This document shows positions 18,387 to 28,325 of a stretch of 32,000 nt of DNA, piece by piece. The stretch comes from Desulfobulbus propionicus DSM 2032 (lineage in GTDB: Bacteria; Desulfobacterota; Desulfobulbia; Desulfobulbales; Desulfobulbaceae). Within the stretch, counting starts at the first letter, position 1; every line of letters starts with the position of its first letter. The position numbers were made by a program, and so were the translations under genes. Under the pieces are notes generated by a model, which was not told the DNA's origin, made no database searches, and saw only the letters and a list, made by a program, of their open reading frames with translations. The stretch covers positions 1,320,001 through 1,352,000 of the forward strand of contig NC_014972.1 of assembly GCF_000186885.1 (NCBI RefSeq). The letters are read 5' to 3'.

Positions 18387-20099
18387 ATGCCGCAGAAAAA
18401 AACCATCGGGCCGGCGGCGAGCGACGAGGCTGACCGGCTGCTGGACGAGCTGGAACGACAGAACGAAGAACTGCGGCTGGCGCGGGCCGAGGTGGAGGCC
18501 GGGCTGCGAAAATATTACGATCTCTATGATTTTGCCCCGGTGGGCTACTGCACCGTCAGCCGTGACGGTTTGGTGCTTGAGTCCAACCTCGCCGGGGCGT
18601 TGCTGTTGGGCGTGGACCGGTTACGGGTGCTGCGGTGCCCTCTCGCCGGTTTTGTCGTCCGGGAAGGGCGCAACGATCTGGCCCGTTTTTTGGAGCGGGT
18701 CTTTTCCGGCGAACACAAGGCGACCGGCGAGCTGCGGGTGCCGGATGGCGAGGGAGGGGTGCGGCATCTCTATCTGGAGGGGGGCTCCTTTGAAACCCCC
18801 TTGGGCGAGCAACAGTGCCGCATCGCGATGATGGATATCACCCAGTCCCGGCAGACCAGCGCCGAACTGGAACATTACCGCTATCATCTGGAGGAACTGG
18901 TGCAGCAGCGCACCAGCCAACTGGAAGAGGCCAACCTTCGGCTGCGGGAGCAGACGGAGAACCTGACCTCGATCTACCAGGCCATGGACAGTATCGGCCT
19001 GATTGTCTGCTCCCTTGAAGAAAACGACGCGCGGATCGACATTTTCAGCGCCGGCGCGGAAAAGCTGTTTGGCCATCGCCAGGACGAGGTGCTCGGCGCA
19101 TCGGTGTCCCTGATCTATCCCCCGGCAGCCAATGCCATGGTTGCGGACATGGTCAGACGGCTGCGTCAGGGCGAGGCGATGCAATCCTTTGACAGCACCC
19201 TGGTGCGCAAGTCCGGCGATTGTTTTCCCGCAGTGATCTCATTTCATCCCTTTGCCCGACAGGACGGCCTGTTCACCAAGGCGGTGGGCGGGTGCCGCGA
19301 TATTTCCGAACTGATGTACATCCAGAATCAGTTGCAGGCAATGAACGACGAGCTGGAGCGGCGGGTCGAACAGCGCACCCGCGAGCTGCAGGAAACCCAG
19401 CGGCAATACCTGCACGCGGAAAAGCTTTCGGCCATCGGCAAGCTGTCCGCCTCCATCGCCCATGAATTCAACAACCCGCTCCAGGGCATTCTGTCGATCT
19501 TGAAGGGGCTGAAAAAACGCGCCATCCTTGAGGAAGAGGACCGGGTACTGCTGGAGGCGGCCATCGCCGAGAGCGACCGGATCAAGGAACTCATCCGCCA
19601 GTTGCAGGATTTTAACCGTCCTTCGTCGGACCGCAAGGCGGTGGTGGACGTGCACCAGTCGCTCAACTCGGTGCTGCTGCTGCACACCAGCGATTTCAAG
19701 GGCAAGCGGATCGAGCTCCGCCTCGATTATGCCGAGCGGCTGCCGCATATCCTGGCCGTGCCCGATCAGATCAAGCAGGTTTTTCTCAACCTGCTGGCCA
19801 ACGCGGCCGACGCCTGCCGTCCGTCTGGCGGCGTGATCACCGTGACCACCCGGTTGGTCGACGACAGGGTGGCGGTGACCGTTGAGGACAACGGCATCGG
19901 CATCGTTCCGGAAGACATGGACCTGATCTTTCAGCCGTTTTACACCACCAAGCCCGAGGTCAAGGGCACCGGCCTGGGGCTGTCGGTCAGTTACGGGATC
20001 GTCAAGGATCATCAGGGAGAGATCCGGGTGGAAAGCCGGCCGGGAGAAGGGGCGCGCTTCACCGTTTTGCTGCCGGTGGGAAACCGATACCATGCCTGA
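18387..20099 (+). CDS. soluble PAS-domain sensor histidine kinase
   Basis: Two PAS regions, EKLSAIGKLSASIAHEFNNPLQGILSILKGLKKRA H box, NLLANAADACRPSGG, GTGLGLSVSYGIVKDH. Confidence 0.93.
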   Translation: MPQKKTIGPAASDEADRLLDELERQNEELRLARAEVEAGLRKYYDLYDFAPVGYCTVSRDGLVLESNLAGALLLGVDRLRVLRCPLAGFVVREGRNDLARFLERVFSGEHKATGELRVPDGEGGVRHLYLEGGSFETPLGEQQCRIAMMDITQSRQTSAELEHYRYHLEELVQQRTSQLEEANLRLREQTENLTSIYQAMDSIGLIVCSLEENDARIDIFSAGAEKLFGHRQDEVLGASVSLIYPPAANAMVADMVRRLRQGEAMQSFDSTLVRKSGDCFPAVISFHPFARQDGLFTKAVGGCRDISELMYIQNQLQAMNDELERRVEQRTRELQETQRQYLHAEKLSAIGKLSASIAHEFNNPLQGILSILKGLKKRAILEEEDRVLLEAAIAESDRIKELIRQLQDFNRPSSDRKAVVDVHQSLNSVLLLHTSDFKGKRIELRLDYAERLPHILAVPDQIKQVFLNLLANAADACRPSGGVITVTTRLVDDRVAVTVEDNGIGIVPEDMDLIFQPFYTTKPEVKGTGLGLSVSYGIVKDHQGEIRVESRPGEGARFTVLLPVGNRYHA

Positions 20100-20160
20100 T
20101 CCTTCTGGGGAAACGAACCGTCCAGCGGGCGGGCAGGCACGAATTCGACAAGGAGGGGCC

Positions 20161-21469
20161 ATGGCGAAAACATCCATTCTGTTTGTTGACGACGAGGAAG
20201 TGATCCGCAAATCCTTTGTCCGGGAATTGGAGATGGAACACTTCACGGTCACCGCCGTTGATGACGGCACCGAGGCCATCCGCGCGATCGCCGGGCAAGA
20301 TTTTGACGTGGTGATCACCGATCTGGTCATGCCGGGCATGGATGGATTCGGGGTGTTGAAGGCGGTGAAAAAGAAAGAAGGCGCCGCAGACCAGCGTCAT
20401 CATCCTCACCGGCTACGGCGACATGCGTTCGGCCATCGATGCCCTGCGGCTGGGCGCGGACGATTTTACCCTCAAGCCCTGCGAGATGGAGGAGCTGATC
20501 TTCAGGATAAGGCGCTGTCTGGACAAGCAGAGCCTGCTGCAGACCCTGGCTTCGCAGAACAAACGGCTGGAAGAGGAGATCAGCCGCCGCCGGGAGGTGG
20601 AATCCGAGATCGTCACCAGCGAAAACCGCTTTCGCCTGGCCATGGATGCGGCCTCCAACGGTGTGTGGGATCGCAACCTGGTCACCGGCGAGGTCTACTT
20701 CGGCGAAAACTGGCATCTGAGCTTGGGATATGCGCACAAGAGCGACCTGATCGATCACAACTCGTTTGAACAGCTCATCCATCCCGATGACCGCGAACGG
20801 GTGCTGGCCCTGCGCGAGGCCCATGTCCAGGGAACAACCCCCCGTTATGAGGCGGAATACCGGATGCGCAACAAGGCCGGCGGCTGGCAGTGGATATTGT
20901 CGCGCGGCCAAGCGGTTGCCCGGGACGAGCAGGGCAGGGCGCTGCGGATCATCGGCACCCACACCGACATCACCCGCCTGAAGGAGGTCGAGGCCGAACT
21001 CAAGCAGGTGCAGGCCAATCTCGAACAGCGGGTGGCCGAGCGGACCGCCGAGCTGCATGAATCCAACGTCGCCCTCAAGGTGCTGCTCAATAAACGGGAA
21101 GAAGACCGCAAGGCGCTGGCCGAGCAGGTCCTGTCCAGTATCGCCCAACTGGTGGACCCCCTGCTCGACCGGCTGCGCAAAAGCGGCCTCAGCGAACAGC
21201 AGCGGACCCTGGTCGAGATCCTCGGAGCCAATATCAACGAGCTGACCTCGCCCTTTGCCAACAGTCTGTCCACCAAGCTGACCCGGTTGACACCGGCGGA
21301 AATTCAGGTGGCCAATCTGGTCAAACTGGGCAAACGGACCAAGGAAATCGCCGAGATCATGCACCTTGCCCCGGGGACCATCAGCATTCACCGCAAGAAC
21401 ATCCGCAAGAAGCTGGAGCTGACCCACCAGAAAACCAATCTGCAGACCATGCTGTCCACCCAGTCGTGA
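20161..21469 (+). pseudogene. REC-PAS-LuxR response regulator split by a +1 frameshift at about 20370-20395
   Basis: Frame 1 gives MAKTSILFVDDEEVIRKSF...VVITDLVMPGMDGFGVLKAVKKKE. Frame 2 resumes APQTSVIILTGYGDMRSAIDALRLGADDFTLKP...PAS...LTRLTPAEIQVANLVKLGKRTKEIAEIMHLAPGTISIHRKNIRKKL. The paralog at 29083-29718 reads through this position without a break. Confidence 0.85.
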
Positions 21470-21486
21470 TCATGGGGCATCGGTTG

Positions 21487-21508
21487 GGAGAGGATATTTT
21501 TCCTCTCC
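21487..21508 (+). terminator. candidate terminator hairpin after the response regulator
   Basis: GGAGAGG (21487-21493) ATATTTTT CCTCTCC (21502-21508), followed further down by a TTTTTTT run. Confidence 0.4.
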
Positions 21509-21678
21509 ATTTCTTCTCCAAAATCCTTCCCTTGCTTTTTTTGTTGGTTTGCTCAAAGTACAACTGATGCAGCTGCCCCGGGCTGTGCCTGGCGATTGAT
21601 GGGGCAGCCGGGGAGGACGGTCGATGGGCGCGAGGCCCTGAAACCGATCCGGTTGGTCAACGACAAGGGGGACTGGCT

Positions 21679-22692
21679 ATGCACGAAGCGCTTTTTTATC
21701 AGCGGATCGAGGGAAACAAGGTGGTCTGCGGTCTGTGCCATCACCGCTGCCGTATCGCCGCGGGAGGCCGTGGCCGTTGCGGCGTGCGCGAGAACCAGGA
21801 CGGACGGTTGATCAGTCTGGTGTATGGTCGTCTGGTGGCGGAGAACGTCGATCCGGTCGAGAAGAAACCCCTGTTTCATTTTCTTCCCGGCAGCCGGTCC
21901 TACTCCATTGCCACCGTGGGCTGCAACTTTCAATGCCTGCACTGCCAGAATTACGAGATTTCCCAATATCCCGGCCGGCATGGCGGCCAGATCACCGGTG
22001 TCGGCCGCAGCCCGGCCGCGGTGGTGGAGCGTGCCGAGCAGACCGGGTGCGCCAGCATCAGCTACACCTACGTCGAACCCACCATATTTTATGAGTTCGC
22101 CCACGACTGCGCCTGTCTGGCCAAACAGCGGGGCATCAAGAACATCTTTGTCAGCAACGGCTACATGACCGCCGAGGTGGTCCGCCATCTCGCGCCGGTG
22201 CTGGACGGCATCAACATCGATCTCAAGGCGTTCAGCGCCGATTTCTACCAGAAGGTATGCAAGGCCCGGCTGGAGCCGGTGCTGGAGAACATTCGCCTGT
22301 TCCACGAACTCGGGGTGCTTGTCGAGGTGACCACCCTGGTGATTCCCGGGCACAATGACAGCGAGAACGAATTGCGGGCCATCGCCCGTTTTCTCCGCGG
22401 CATCTCGGTCAACATCCCGTGGCATGTGACCGGGTTCTACCCGACCTACAAGATGCTCGATCGTCCCGCCACTCCGACCGCCACCCTGGTCATGGCGCGG
22501 GAGATCGGCTTGAACGAAGGCTTGCGCTTTGTCTACACCGGCAACGCGGCCATCGCGGGCGGCGAAGATACCCGTTGTCCGGGCTGCTCGGCCCTGCTGA
22601 TCCATCGCAGCGGTTTCAGCAGTCAGCAGCTTGCGTTGCAGGCCGGCCACTGCTCCACCTGTCAACTGCCGATTGCCGGCGTCTGGCGGTAG
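21679..22692 (+). CDS. amrS: AmmeMemoRadiSam system radical SAM enzyme
   Basis: VVCGLCHHRCRIAAGGRGRCGVRENQDG...ENVDPVEKKPLFHFLPGSRSYSIATVGCNFQCLHCQNYEISQYP (CxxxCxxC), PWHVTGFYPTYKMLD. Confidence 0.93.
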   Translation: MHEALFYQRIEGNKVVCGLCHHRCRIAAGGRGRCGVRENQDGRLISLVYGRLVAENVDPVEKKPLFHFLPGSRSYSIATVGCNFQCLHCQNYEISQYPGRHGGQITGVGRSPAAVVERAEQTGCASISYTYVEPTIFYEFAHDCACLAKQRGIKNIFVSNGYMTAEVVRHLAPVLDGINIDLKAFSADFYQKVCKARLEPVLENIRLFHELGVLVEVTTLVIPGHNDSENELRAIARFLRGISVNIPWHVTGFYPTYKMLDRPATPTATLVMAREIGLNEGLRFVYTGNAAIAGGEDTRCPGCSALLIHRSGFSSQQLALQAGHCSTCQLPIAGVWR

Positions 22693-22695
22693 CGG

Positions 22696-22730
22696 CACAC
22701 TGTTCCGGTGGTCCCCGCCGGAACAGTGTG
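22696..22730 (+). terminator. strong hairpin directly downstream of amrS
   Basis: CACACTGTTCCGG (22696-22708) / CCGGAACAGTGTG (22718-22730), perfect 13-bp stem with 9-nt loop, 3 nt after the stop codon; no T tract. Confidence 0.55.
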
Positions 22731-23010
22731 CGGAGATTCCCTCCGGAAAACGCCCTGATTGCTCCTCTGATCCCACGGCCTCGTCGTGCCGTTTCCCTCC
22801 CACCGCCCCTGGCGGGCCGGTCCCCGCCGATCTCCGCTCTTGTGTTAAGCGCATCCAAACACGGTCAACACCGCTTTTTCATCGTTCGTTGATCCTGTCC
22901 TAACACGGCCATGGTTTTTCTGGACGTGGAACAAGGCATCAGCCCGGGCAGGACCGGCTTGCCCGCTCCGGTGCCAGGGAATGACGAACACACGACAGGA
23001 GGAGGAAGCG

Positions 23011-24765
23011 ATGCGCAACAAGGCGAACACGGTGCTGTCCTGGATGACCGCGACCTGTTTGGCCGCCCAGGCGGGGATGTCGGTGGGCGGCGCATGGGCG
23101 GGAAGCGAGATCGAGGCGCGGCAGCGCGCGGAGCGGCCGATCGAGTGGCGCGCGCCACAGCAAGAAGACAAAACCGTGGCGGTAACGCTGCTGGCCATCA
23201 ACGATTTTCACAGTCAGATCACCGCCGGTCTGGAGGTGGCGGGGAGGCCCGTGGGCAGTGCCCCGGTGCTGGCCGCCTATCTCAAGGCGGCGCAGGCCAG
23301 GGCCAGGGGCCAGACCTTTATCCTTCACGCCGGCGACCATGTCGGCGCGTCCCAGCCGCGGTCGGCCCTGCTTCAGGACGAGCCGGGCATCATGGTGTTC
23401 AACATGCTGGGCAACCAACACTGCCGGCCGGGCGGTCTGTACGGAGTGGAATGCAACCTGATCGGCATCCCCGGCAACCATGAGCTCGACGAGGGCATGG
23501 GGGAGATGCTGCGCCTGATCCACGGCGGCAACCACCGCCAAGGTCCCTATCTCCAGGATCCGTACCAAGGCGCGCATTTTCCCTACATCTGCGCCAATCT
23601 GGTGCGGACCGCGACCAACAAACCGCTGTTTCCCCCTTCTGTGGTGCGAATGGTCGACGGTGTGCCGATCGGATTTGTCGGCGCGCTGCTTCGCCATGCC
23701 ACCACCTTTCTCCCGCCGGACAGCCTCGATGGCCTGCAGGTGCTCGACGAGGCCGAGGCCATCAATGCCCAGGTGGCGGCCTTGCGGGCCGAGGGCGTGC
23801 ATGCCGTGGTGGCGGTGATCCATCAGGGTGGCTACCAGCTGCCGGCAAACGGCAGCGAGCACCCGTCCACCCGGCTGGCTGGCGACCTGGCCGCCATCGT
23901 CGGTCGGCTCGATGGCGAGGTCGATGTGGTCCTGGCCGGTCACACCCATACGGTGCACAACCTGCTGGTGGACAACGCCGCCGGGCGCAAGACCCTGGTC
24001 ACCCAGGCCTGGCCCAAGGGCACGGGCTATGCCGAGATCGATCTGGAGATCAGCCGAACAGGCCGCGAGGTGGTGGCGCTCTCCTCGCGGATCGTCACCA
24101 CCTGGGCCGATCAAGGACCAGGGCTGCGGCCGGATGTTCGGGTGGCCCGGCTGGCCGACCGGGTGGATGCGATGGGCAATGCCGTTGCGGCGCAGGTGAT
24201 CGCCAATGCGGCCAAACCGATCACCCGGGTCAGCAACGAGGCCGGCGAATCCGCCTTGGGCGATCTGGTCGCCGACGCCCAGCGCCAGGCCATGGGTACC
24301 GATTTTGCCTTCATGCACCCCGAGGGCATCGAGGCCGACATCGATCCCGGCCATATCACCAAGGGCGATTACTACACGGTGCAGCCCGCCAACCTCAACC
24401 TGGTCAAGTTGGAAATGACTGGCGAACAGATTTATGCCCTGCTCAACCAGCAGTGGACCACCGCCTCCGGCGAAGGACGATTTCTCCAGGTGTCGGGCCT
24501 GAGCTATGTGTGGGATGCCCACCGCCCCGCGGGCCGGCGCGTGGTGTCGGTGATGAAGGACGGCGAGCCGCTGCGGAGGGGGGCGAGGTATACGGTCACG
24601 GTCAACGAATACCTGGCGGCCGGCGGTGGCAATTTCACCGTGCTGACCGAAGCGGCCAACCCGGTGGTCGGTCCCTTTATCGCCGACGCCCTGCATCAGT
24701 ACGTGCGCACCCGGCCGCAACCGATCAACGCGGCCATCGAGGGACGGATCAGCCGTCTGAATTGA
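23011..24765 (+). CDS. secreted bifunctional UDP-sugar hydrolase / 5'-nucleotidase family protein
   Basis: VTLLAINDFHSQITAG, HAGDHVGASQPRS, NMLGNQHCRPGG, GNHELDEG, VVLAGHTHT, LNLVKLEMTGEQIYALLNQQW; start 23011 preceded by GGAGGA. Confidence 0.92.
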   Translation: MRNKANTVLSWMTATCLAAQAGMSVGGAWAGSEIEARQRAERPIEWRAPQQEDKTVAVTLLAINDFHSQITAGLEVAGRPVGSAPVLAAYLKAAQARARGQTFILHAGDHVGASQPRSALLQDEPGIMVFNMLGNQHCRPGGLYGVECNLIGIPGNHELDEGMGEMLRLIHGGNHRQGPYLQDPYQGAHFPYICANLVRTATNKPLFPPSVVRMVDGVPIGFVGALLRHATTFLPPDSLDGLQVLDEAEAINAQVAALRAEGVHAVVAVIHQGGYQLPANGSEHPSTRLAGDLAAIVGRLDGEVDVVLAGHTHTVHNLLVDNAAGRKTLVTQAWPKGTGYAEIDLEISRTGREVVALSSRIVTTWADQGPGLRPDVRVARLADRVDAMGNAVAAQVIANAAKPITRVSNEAGESALGDLVADAQRQAMGTDFAFMHPEGIEADIDPGHITKGDYYTVQPANLNLVKLEMTGEQIYALLNQQWTTASGEGRFLQVSGLSYVWDAHRPAGRRVVSVMKDGEPLRRGARYTVTVNEYLAAGGGNFTVLTEAANPVVGPFIADALHQYVRTRPQPINAAIEGRISRLN

Positions 24766-24807
24766 GCGCCTGACCGGGCGGGCAACGAACGGAAAACCGG
24801 TCCCCGC

Positions 24808-25215
24808 TCAGGACTCGATCTTTTTCTTGATGTCGAGAATCGGCGTGCCGTCGAGCACATCCAAGCCGCTGACGTGCAGGCGACTGCCCTCGACCGCTTC
24901 CACCCGCAGCTCCGAGATGGCGATGGGGTTGGGCCGCGCCGGGCTGCGGGTGGCGAAGACGCCGTGCAGTCCCCTTGCCCTGTCTCCCCGGGGGTAGACC
25001 TGGAGCACTCCGCGGTCCGCCCGGTGCAGCCAGCACAGCACCACGATGGTCATGCCGGGAACGATGCCGAGCAGGCCGTCGCGGTACGGGGGAAAGATCT
25101 CCAGCACGCCCTTGCGACTGGAAATATCGTAATTTTTGGGCGCATCCTCAAGGCGGGTGATATCGCCATGCACCACTCCGATGGCGCGCACGTTGGGTTG
25201 TTGGTTTTCCTGCAT
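24808..25215 (-). CDS. trmO: tRNA (N6-threonylcarbamoyladenosine37-N6)-methyltransferase (TrmO/TsaA family)
   Basis: IGVVHGD...GLLGIVPGMTIVVLCWLHRADR...YPRGDRARGLHGVFATRSPARPNPIAISELRVEAVEGSRLHVSGLDVLDGTPILDIK. Confidence 0.88.
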   Translation of the reverse strand: MQENQQPNVRAIGVVHGDITRLEDAPKNYDISSRKGVLEIFPPYRDGLLGIVPGMTIVVLCWLHRADRGVLQVYPRGDRARGLHGVFATRSPARPNPIAISELRVEAVEGSRLHVSGLDVLDGTPILDIKKKIES

Positions 25216-25231
25216 GATCTTTTTTGGGTAT

Positions 25232-27394
25232 CTAGGAGGAGGCGGTCTGTTCGTCTGGCGGCGCGGGTGCGGCGGCTGGCGGCCGGTCGCCGAGCAGTTG
25301 GCGCAATTTCCTGCTCAGTTCGGAGAAGCGATAGGGTTTGGCCATTACCTCGCTGAAGCCGTAGCTGGCATAATCGGCCATCACCGAGCTGTTGCTGTAG
25401 CCGCTGGACACGATCCCTTTGGCCTGCGGGTCCATGGCCCGTATCCTGGCCATCGCCTCCCTGCCGCCCATGCCGCAGGGCACGATCAGGTCCATGATCA
25501 CCGCGTCGAAGGGCTGGCCCGATTGGAGCGCCAGGGCATACTGTTCCACGGCCTGCTCGCCGTCCTGGGCGAACGTCGCTTGGTATCCCAGGGACGCGAG
25601 CATGGTCCCCAGAATGCTGCAGATCACCTCGTCGTCGTCCATGACTAAAATGGTGCCGCTGCCTTGGATCAGCTCCGTCTTTTCTTCCGGAGGCGCGACG
25701 GGAGCGGACGCCGGGGACAGGGCGGCCGGGAGGAGCAGCGTGAACACGATACCGCCCTCCGGAGCCGGGGTCATGCTCAGGTGTCCTCCATGGTTCTTGA
25801 CGATCGCCTGGGCGGCGGCCACGCCGAGCTCGTGCAGGCTTTCCCTGGAGGAGGGGGCGAACAGATGTTCGCGATTGTCCGACTCGCCCTTTACTCCCTG
25901 ATAGGTGATGGAGAGTGCGACGTATTTCCCCCTGGCCAGGGGCAGGGGATCGCCTGCGGCGACCATGGTGTTGTCGCATCGGATACGGATGGGACCACCG
26001 CCGGGCATGGCCCGGTCGGCATGCATCAGGAGGTTGGTCAGCGCTTGACCGATCTGCCCTTCGTCGGCGTCAATGCTCCAGAGATCGTCGCCCAAGGCGC
26101 AGGTGCAGGTCGATTGGGTTTCTCCCAGGGTAAAACGGCTGCAGCCGGACAACAGATGGGCCACGGTCACCGGGTGTTTTGTCGGAGGACCGTTCTGGGC
26201 GAAGGCAAGGAGCTGACGGGTGACCTCCCTGGCCCTGAGCGCCGTGGCCTCGGCCTTGGTCAGGCGCCTGGACGCTTCGTCCTCCGGCGAAAGCAGGGTT
26301 TTGGCAAAAGCGATGTGCCCCATCACGGCCATGAGAATATTATTGAAGTCGTGGGCCACGCTGTTGGCGAGAAATTGCAGCGATTCCAGTTTCTGGGCCT
26401 TGAGCAGCTCCTGCTCTGCCCATTTGCGCTCGGTGATATCCTCGTAGGCGCCGAGGATGCCGATGATCCTATCCTGTTCATCGCGCAGCGGCGTCTTCGA
26501 GGTGGACAGCCAGATCCGCTTGCCGTCGGGTGTGGTCTGCGCCTCTTCGTAATGCAGCTTGGGCTTGCCGCTGATCATGATGGCAAAGTCATCCTGGCGA
26601 TACATGTCCGCCTGGTCCTTCCAGCCCATGCAGTAATCGTCCAAACCAATCAGTTCCTCCGGTACCTGAAAGCCGGCATCCTGGGCAAAGAGACGGTTGC
26701 AGCCCAGATAGGTCGAGGTCAGATCCTTCCAGAACAGGCGAACCGGAATGGTGTCCAGCACCAGCTTGAAGAGATTGTTGGCCGCGGTGGTCCGTTGCTC
26801 GCTCTCCTTGAGCGCCTGCTCGGTTCGTTTCCGCTCGGAGATGTCGCACAGCACCAGGCGGCACTGCGGATGGCCGTCGGCGCCGGCAGCGGTGCTGGTG
26901 GTCAGGGAGACCCAAAAGGGAGCGCCATCCCCGCGGACCAGCCGCAGTTCACAAGCTTGGGGAACACAGCCGCCGTTTGGTCCCGGAGGCGGGACATGAA
27001 AAACATCCCGGTCCTCCTGGTGAATGAACCGGGCCAACGGCTGGTTGATCAGGACATCACGGTCCACCCCCAGCATGGCGGCGGCTGTCTGGTTGGCTTC
27101 GAGAATCAGGCCGTTGTCGGAGAGCGTACAGTACCCCACGGGAGCGGTATGGTAGAGATCGAAATAGCGCGCCCGTTCGCGGTCCAGTTTCCCCTGGAGC
27201 TGGCGAAGTTCGTCGTTCTGCCGTTCCAGCGCGAGTTGATGGGCGCTCAGTTCGTGGAAGAGCAATCGATGCTCCTCGTCGGGCACGGTATCTGCGGCAT
27301 GGATCGGCACACTATTCGCTTGCTCGGCCGGCGATGTCTCGTTCGACCGGTCGTGATGAGCTGGGCGGCGGGAACGGTCGTCCGGGGTGCTCAT
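25232..27394 (-). CDS. hybrid PAS sensor histidine kinase with C-terminal receiver domain
   Basis: RYFDLYHTAPVGYCTLSDNGLILEANQTAA (PAS), SLQFLANSVAHDFNNILMAVMGHIA (H box), TILVMDDDEVICSILG...VIMDLIVPCGMGG (REC). Start 27394 preceded by GGAG. Confidence 0.92.
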   Translation of the reverse strand: MSTPDDRSRRPAHHDRSNETSPAEQANSVPIHAADTVPDEEHRLLFHELSAHQLALERQNDELRQLQGKLDRERARYFDLYHTAPVGYCTLSDNGLILEANQTAAAMLGVDRDVLINQPLARFIHQEDRDVFHVPPPGPNGGCVPQACELRLVRGDGAPFWVSLTTSTAAGADGHPQCRLVLCDISERKRTEQALKESEQRTTAANNLFKLVLDTIPVRLFWKDLTSTYLGCNRLFAQDAGFQVPEELIGLDDYCMGWKDQADMYRQDDFAIMISGKPKLHYEEAQTTPDGKRIWLSTSKTPLRDEQDRIIGILGAYEDITERKWAEQELLKAQKLESLQFLANSVAHDFNNILMAVMGHIAFAKTLLSPEDEASRRLTKAEATALRAREVTRQLLAFAQNGPPTKHPVTVAHLLSGCSRFTLGETQSTCTCALGDDLWSIDADEGQIGQALTNLLMHADRAMPGGGPIRIRCDNTMVAAGDPLPLARGKYVALSITYQGVKGESDNREHLFAPSSRESLHELGVAAAQAIVKNHGGHLSMTPAPEGGIVFTLLLPAALSPASAPVAPPEEKTELIQGSGTILVMDDDEVICSILGTMLASLGYQATFAQDGEQAVEQYALALQSGQPFDAVIMDLIVPCGMGGREAMARIRAMDPQAKGIVSSGYSNSSVMADYASYGFSEVMAKPYRFSELSRKLRQLLGDRPPAAAPAPPDEQTASS

Positions 27395-27569
27395 GGAAAC
27401 TCTCCTTTGACGGGTAAGCGGCAATCATGGCGGTGATCCGTGTCGGCCGTTTCCTGGCGGACAGGCAATGGTGCGAACATGCCTTGCCTGCCCTCCACGC
27501 GCACAGGCAAGGCATAGAGAGTGGAGCCGCCGATCTGGACGGCCAGGAACAGGACCGGACGGGCATCGA

Positions 27570-27593
27570 GGAGAGCGGGCGGAGCCGCTCTCC
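27570..27593 (-). terminator. candidate hairpin downstream of hsp20
   Basis: GGAGAGCGG (27570-27578) / CCGCTCTCC (27585-27593), 9-bp perfect stem and 6-nt loop, 12 nt past the stop codon on the minus strand; no T tract. Confidence 0.4.
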
Positions 27594-27605
27594 CGGGAAA
27601 GGAGG

Positions 27606-28145
27606 TTATTCCACCTTGATGGTCGATTTTTTGGCCTTCTCCATTTTGGGAACGATCAATTCGAGCACCCCGTTGGTGAAGGTGGCCTTGGCCTCGCCCT
27701 CCTTGACCGGAGCCGGCAACTCCAGCGTGCGCCGATAGGTGCCGTGGCAGATCTCCCGGTGGTAATATTCCTCCTTTTCCTCCTTCTCCTCCTTGCTCAT
27801 GCTGGCTTCAATGGTCAGGACATTGTTGGTGATGGTGATGGCGATGTCCTTTTTGTCCACACCGGGCAGCTCGGCCTTGATGAGAAAATCCGCCTCCCGG
27901 TCGAGAATGTCGATTGAAGGGGTTTTGCCGGCAAACGGCATCAGTCCGTGACCGGCGAACCTTTCCGGCGCGCCAAGACGAAACTGCTGCCACCGGCGAG
28001 GCAGATATTCCTCGAAAAACCGGTCCATTTCCTTGAAAAAACCAAAATCGGAAAAAAGGTCCGGCCCCCCGAAGGGGGAGAGCGCACCGCGCGGCTGTGC
28101 TTTCTGCACGTCCTGTTTGCTTTGTTCTGGATTTTTATCGGTCAT
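27606..28145 (-). CDS. Hsp20/alpha-crystallin family small heat shock protein
   Basis: PSIDILDREADFLIKAELPGVDKKDIAITITNNVLTIEASMSKEEKEEKEEYYHREICHGTYRRTLELPAPV...ATFTNGVLELIVPK. Confidence 0.94.
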   Translation of the reverse strand: MTDKNPEQSKQDVQKAQPRGALSPFGGPDLFSDFGFFKEMDRFFEEYLPRRWQQFRLGAPERFAGHGLMPFAGKTPSIDILDREADFLIKAELPGVDKKDIAITITNNVLTIEASMSKEEKEEKEEYYHREICHGTYRRTLELPAPVKEGEAKATFTNGVLELIVPKMEKAKKSTIKVE

Positions 28146-28325
28146 CAATGTTCTCCACAATGGCTTCAATGGATTCGCCGTGTGGGGCAGCGTGCCGCCC
28201 TCGCAAGCCCTGTTGGCCGTTCCCGTACAACGCGGGACAAGCGAATGGCGGCTGCCCGGTGCCTCGGGATGCCGCCGGGATCCGCACGGCAACGGGATCG
28301 AACGCGCCGCCTCTTCCGGCTCCTG

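Noticed and set aside
20092-20160. Upstream ATG of the response regulator ORF (MPDPSGETNRPAG...)
   Set aside because: ATG 20161 (MAKTSILFVDDEE) after AAGGAGG is the expected receiver start; the upstream extension has no domain content.
20370-20392. Programmed -1 frameshift in the AAAAAG region of the response regulator
   Set aside because: The required shift is +1 (or -2), and no in-frame X XXY YYZ heptamer fits a -1 event, so an indel or sequencing error is more likely.
22939-24720. 593-aa minus-strand ORF
   Set aside because: Antisense to the 5'-nucleotidase; no recognisable motifs.
25664-27436. 590-aa plus-strand ORF
   Set aside because: Antisense to the hybrid PAS histidine kinase; compositionally a shadow ORF.
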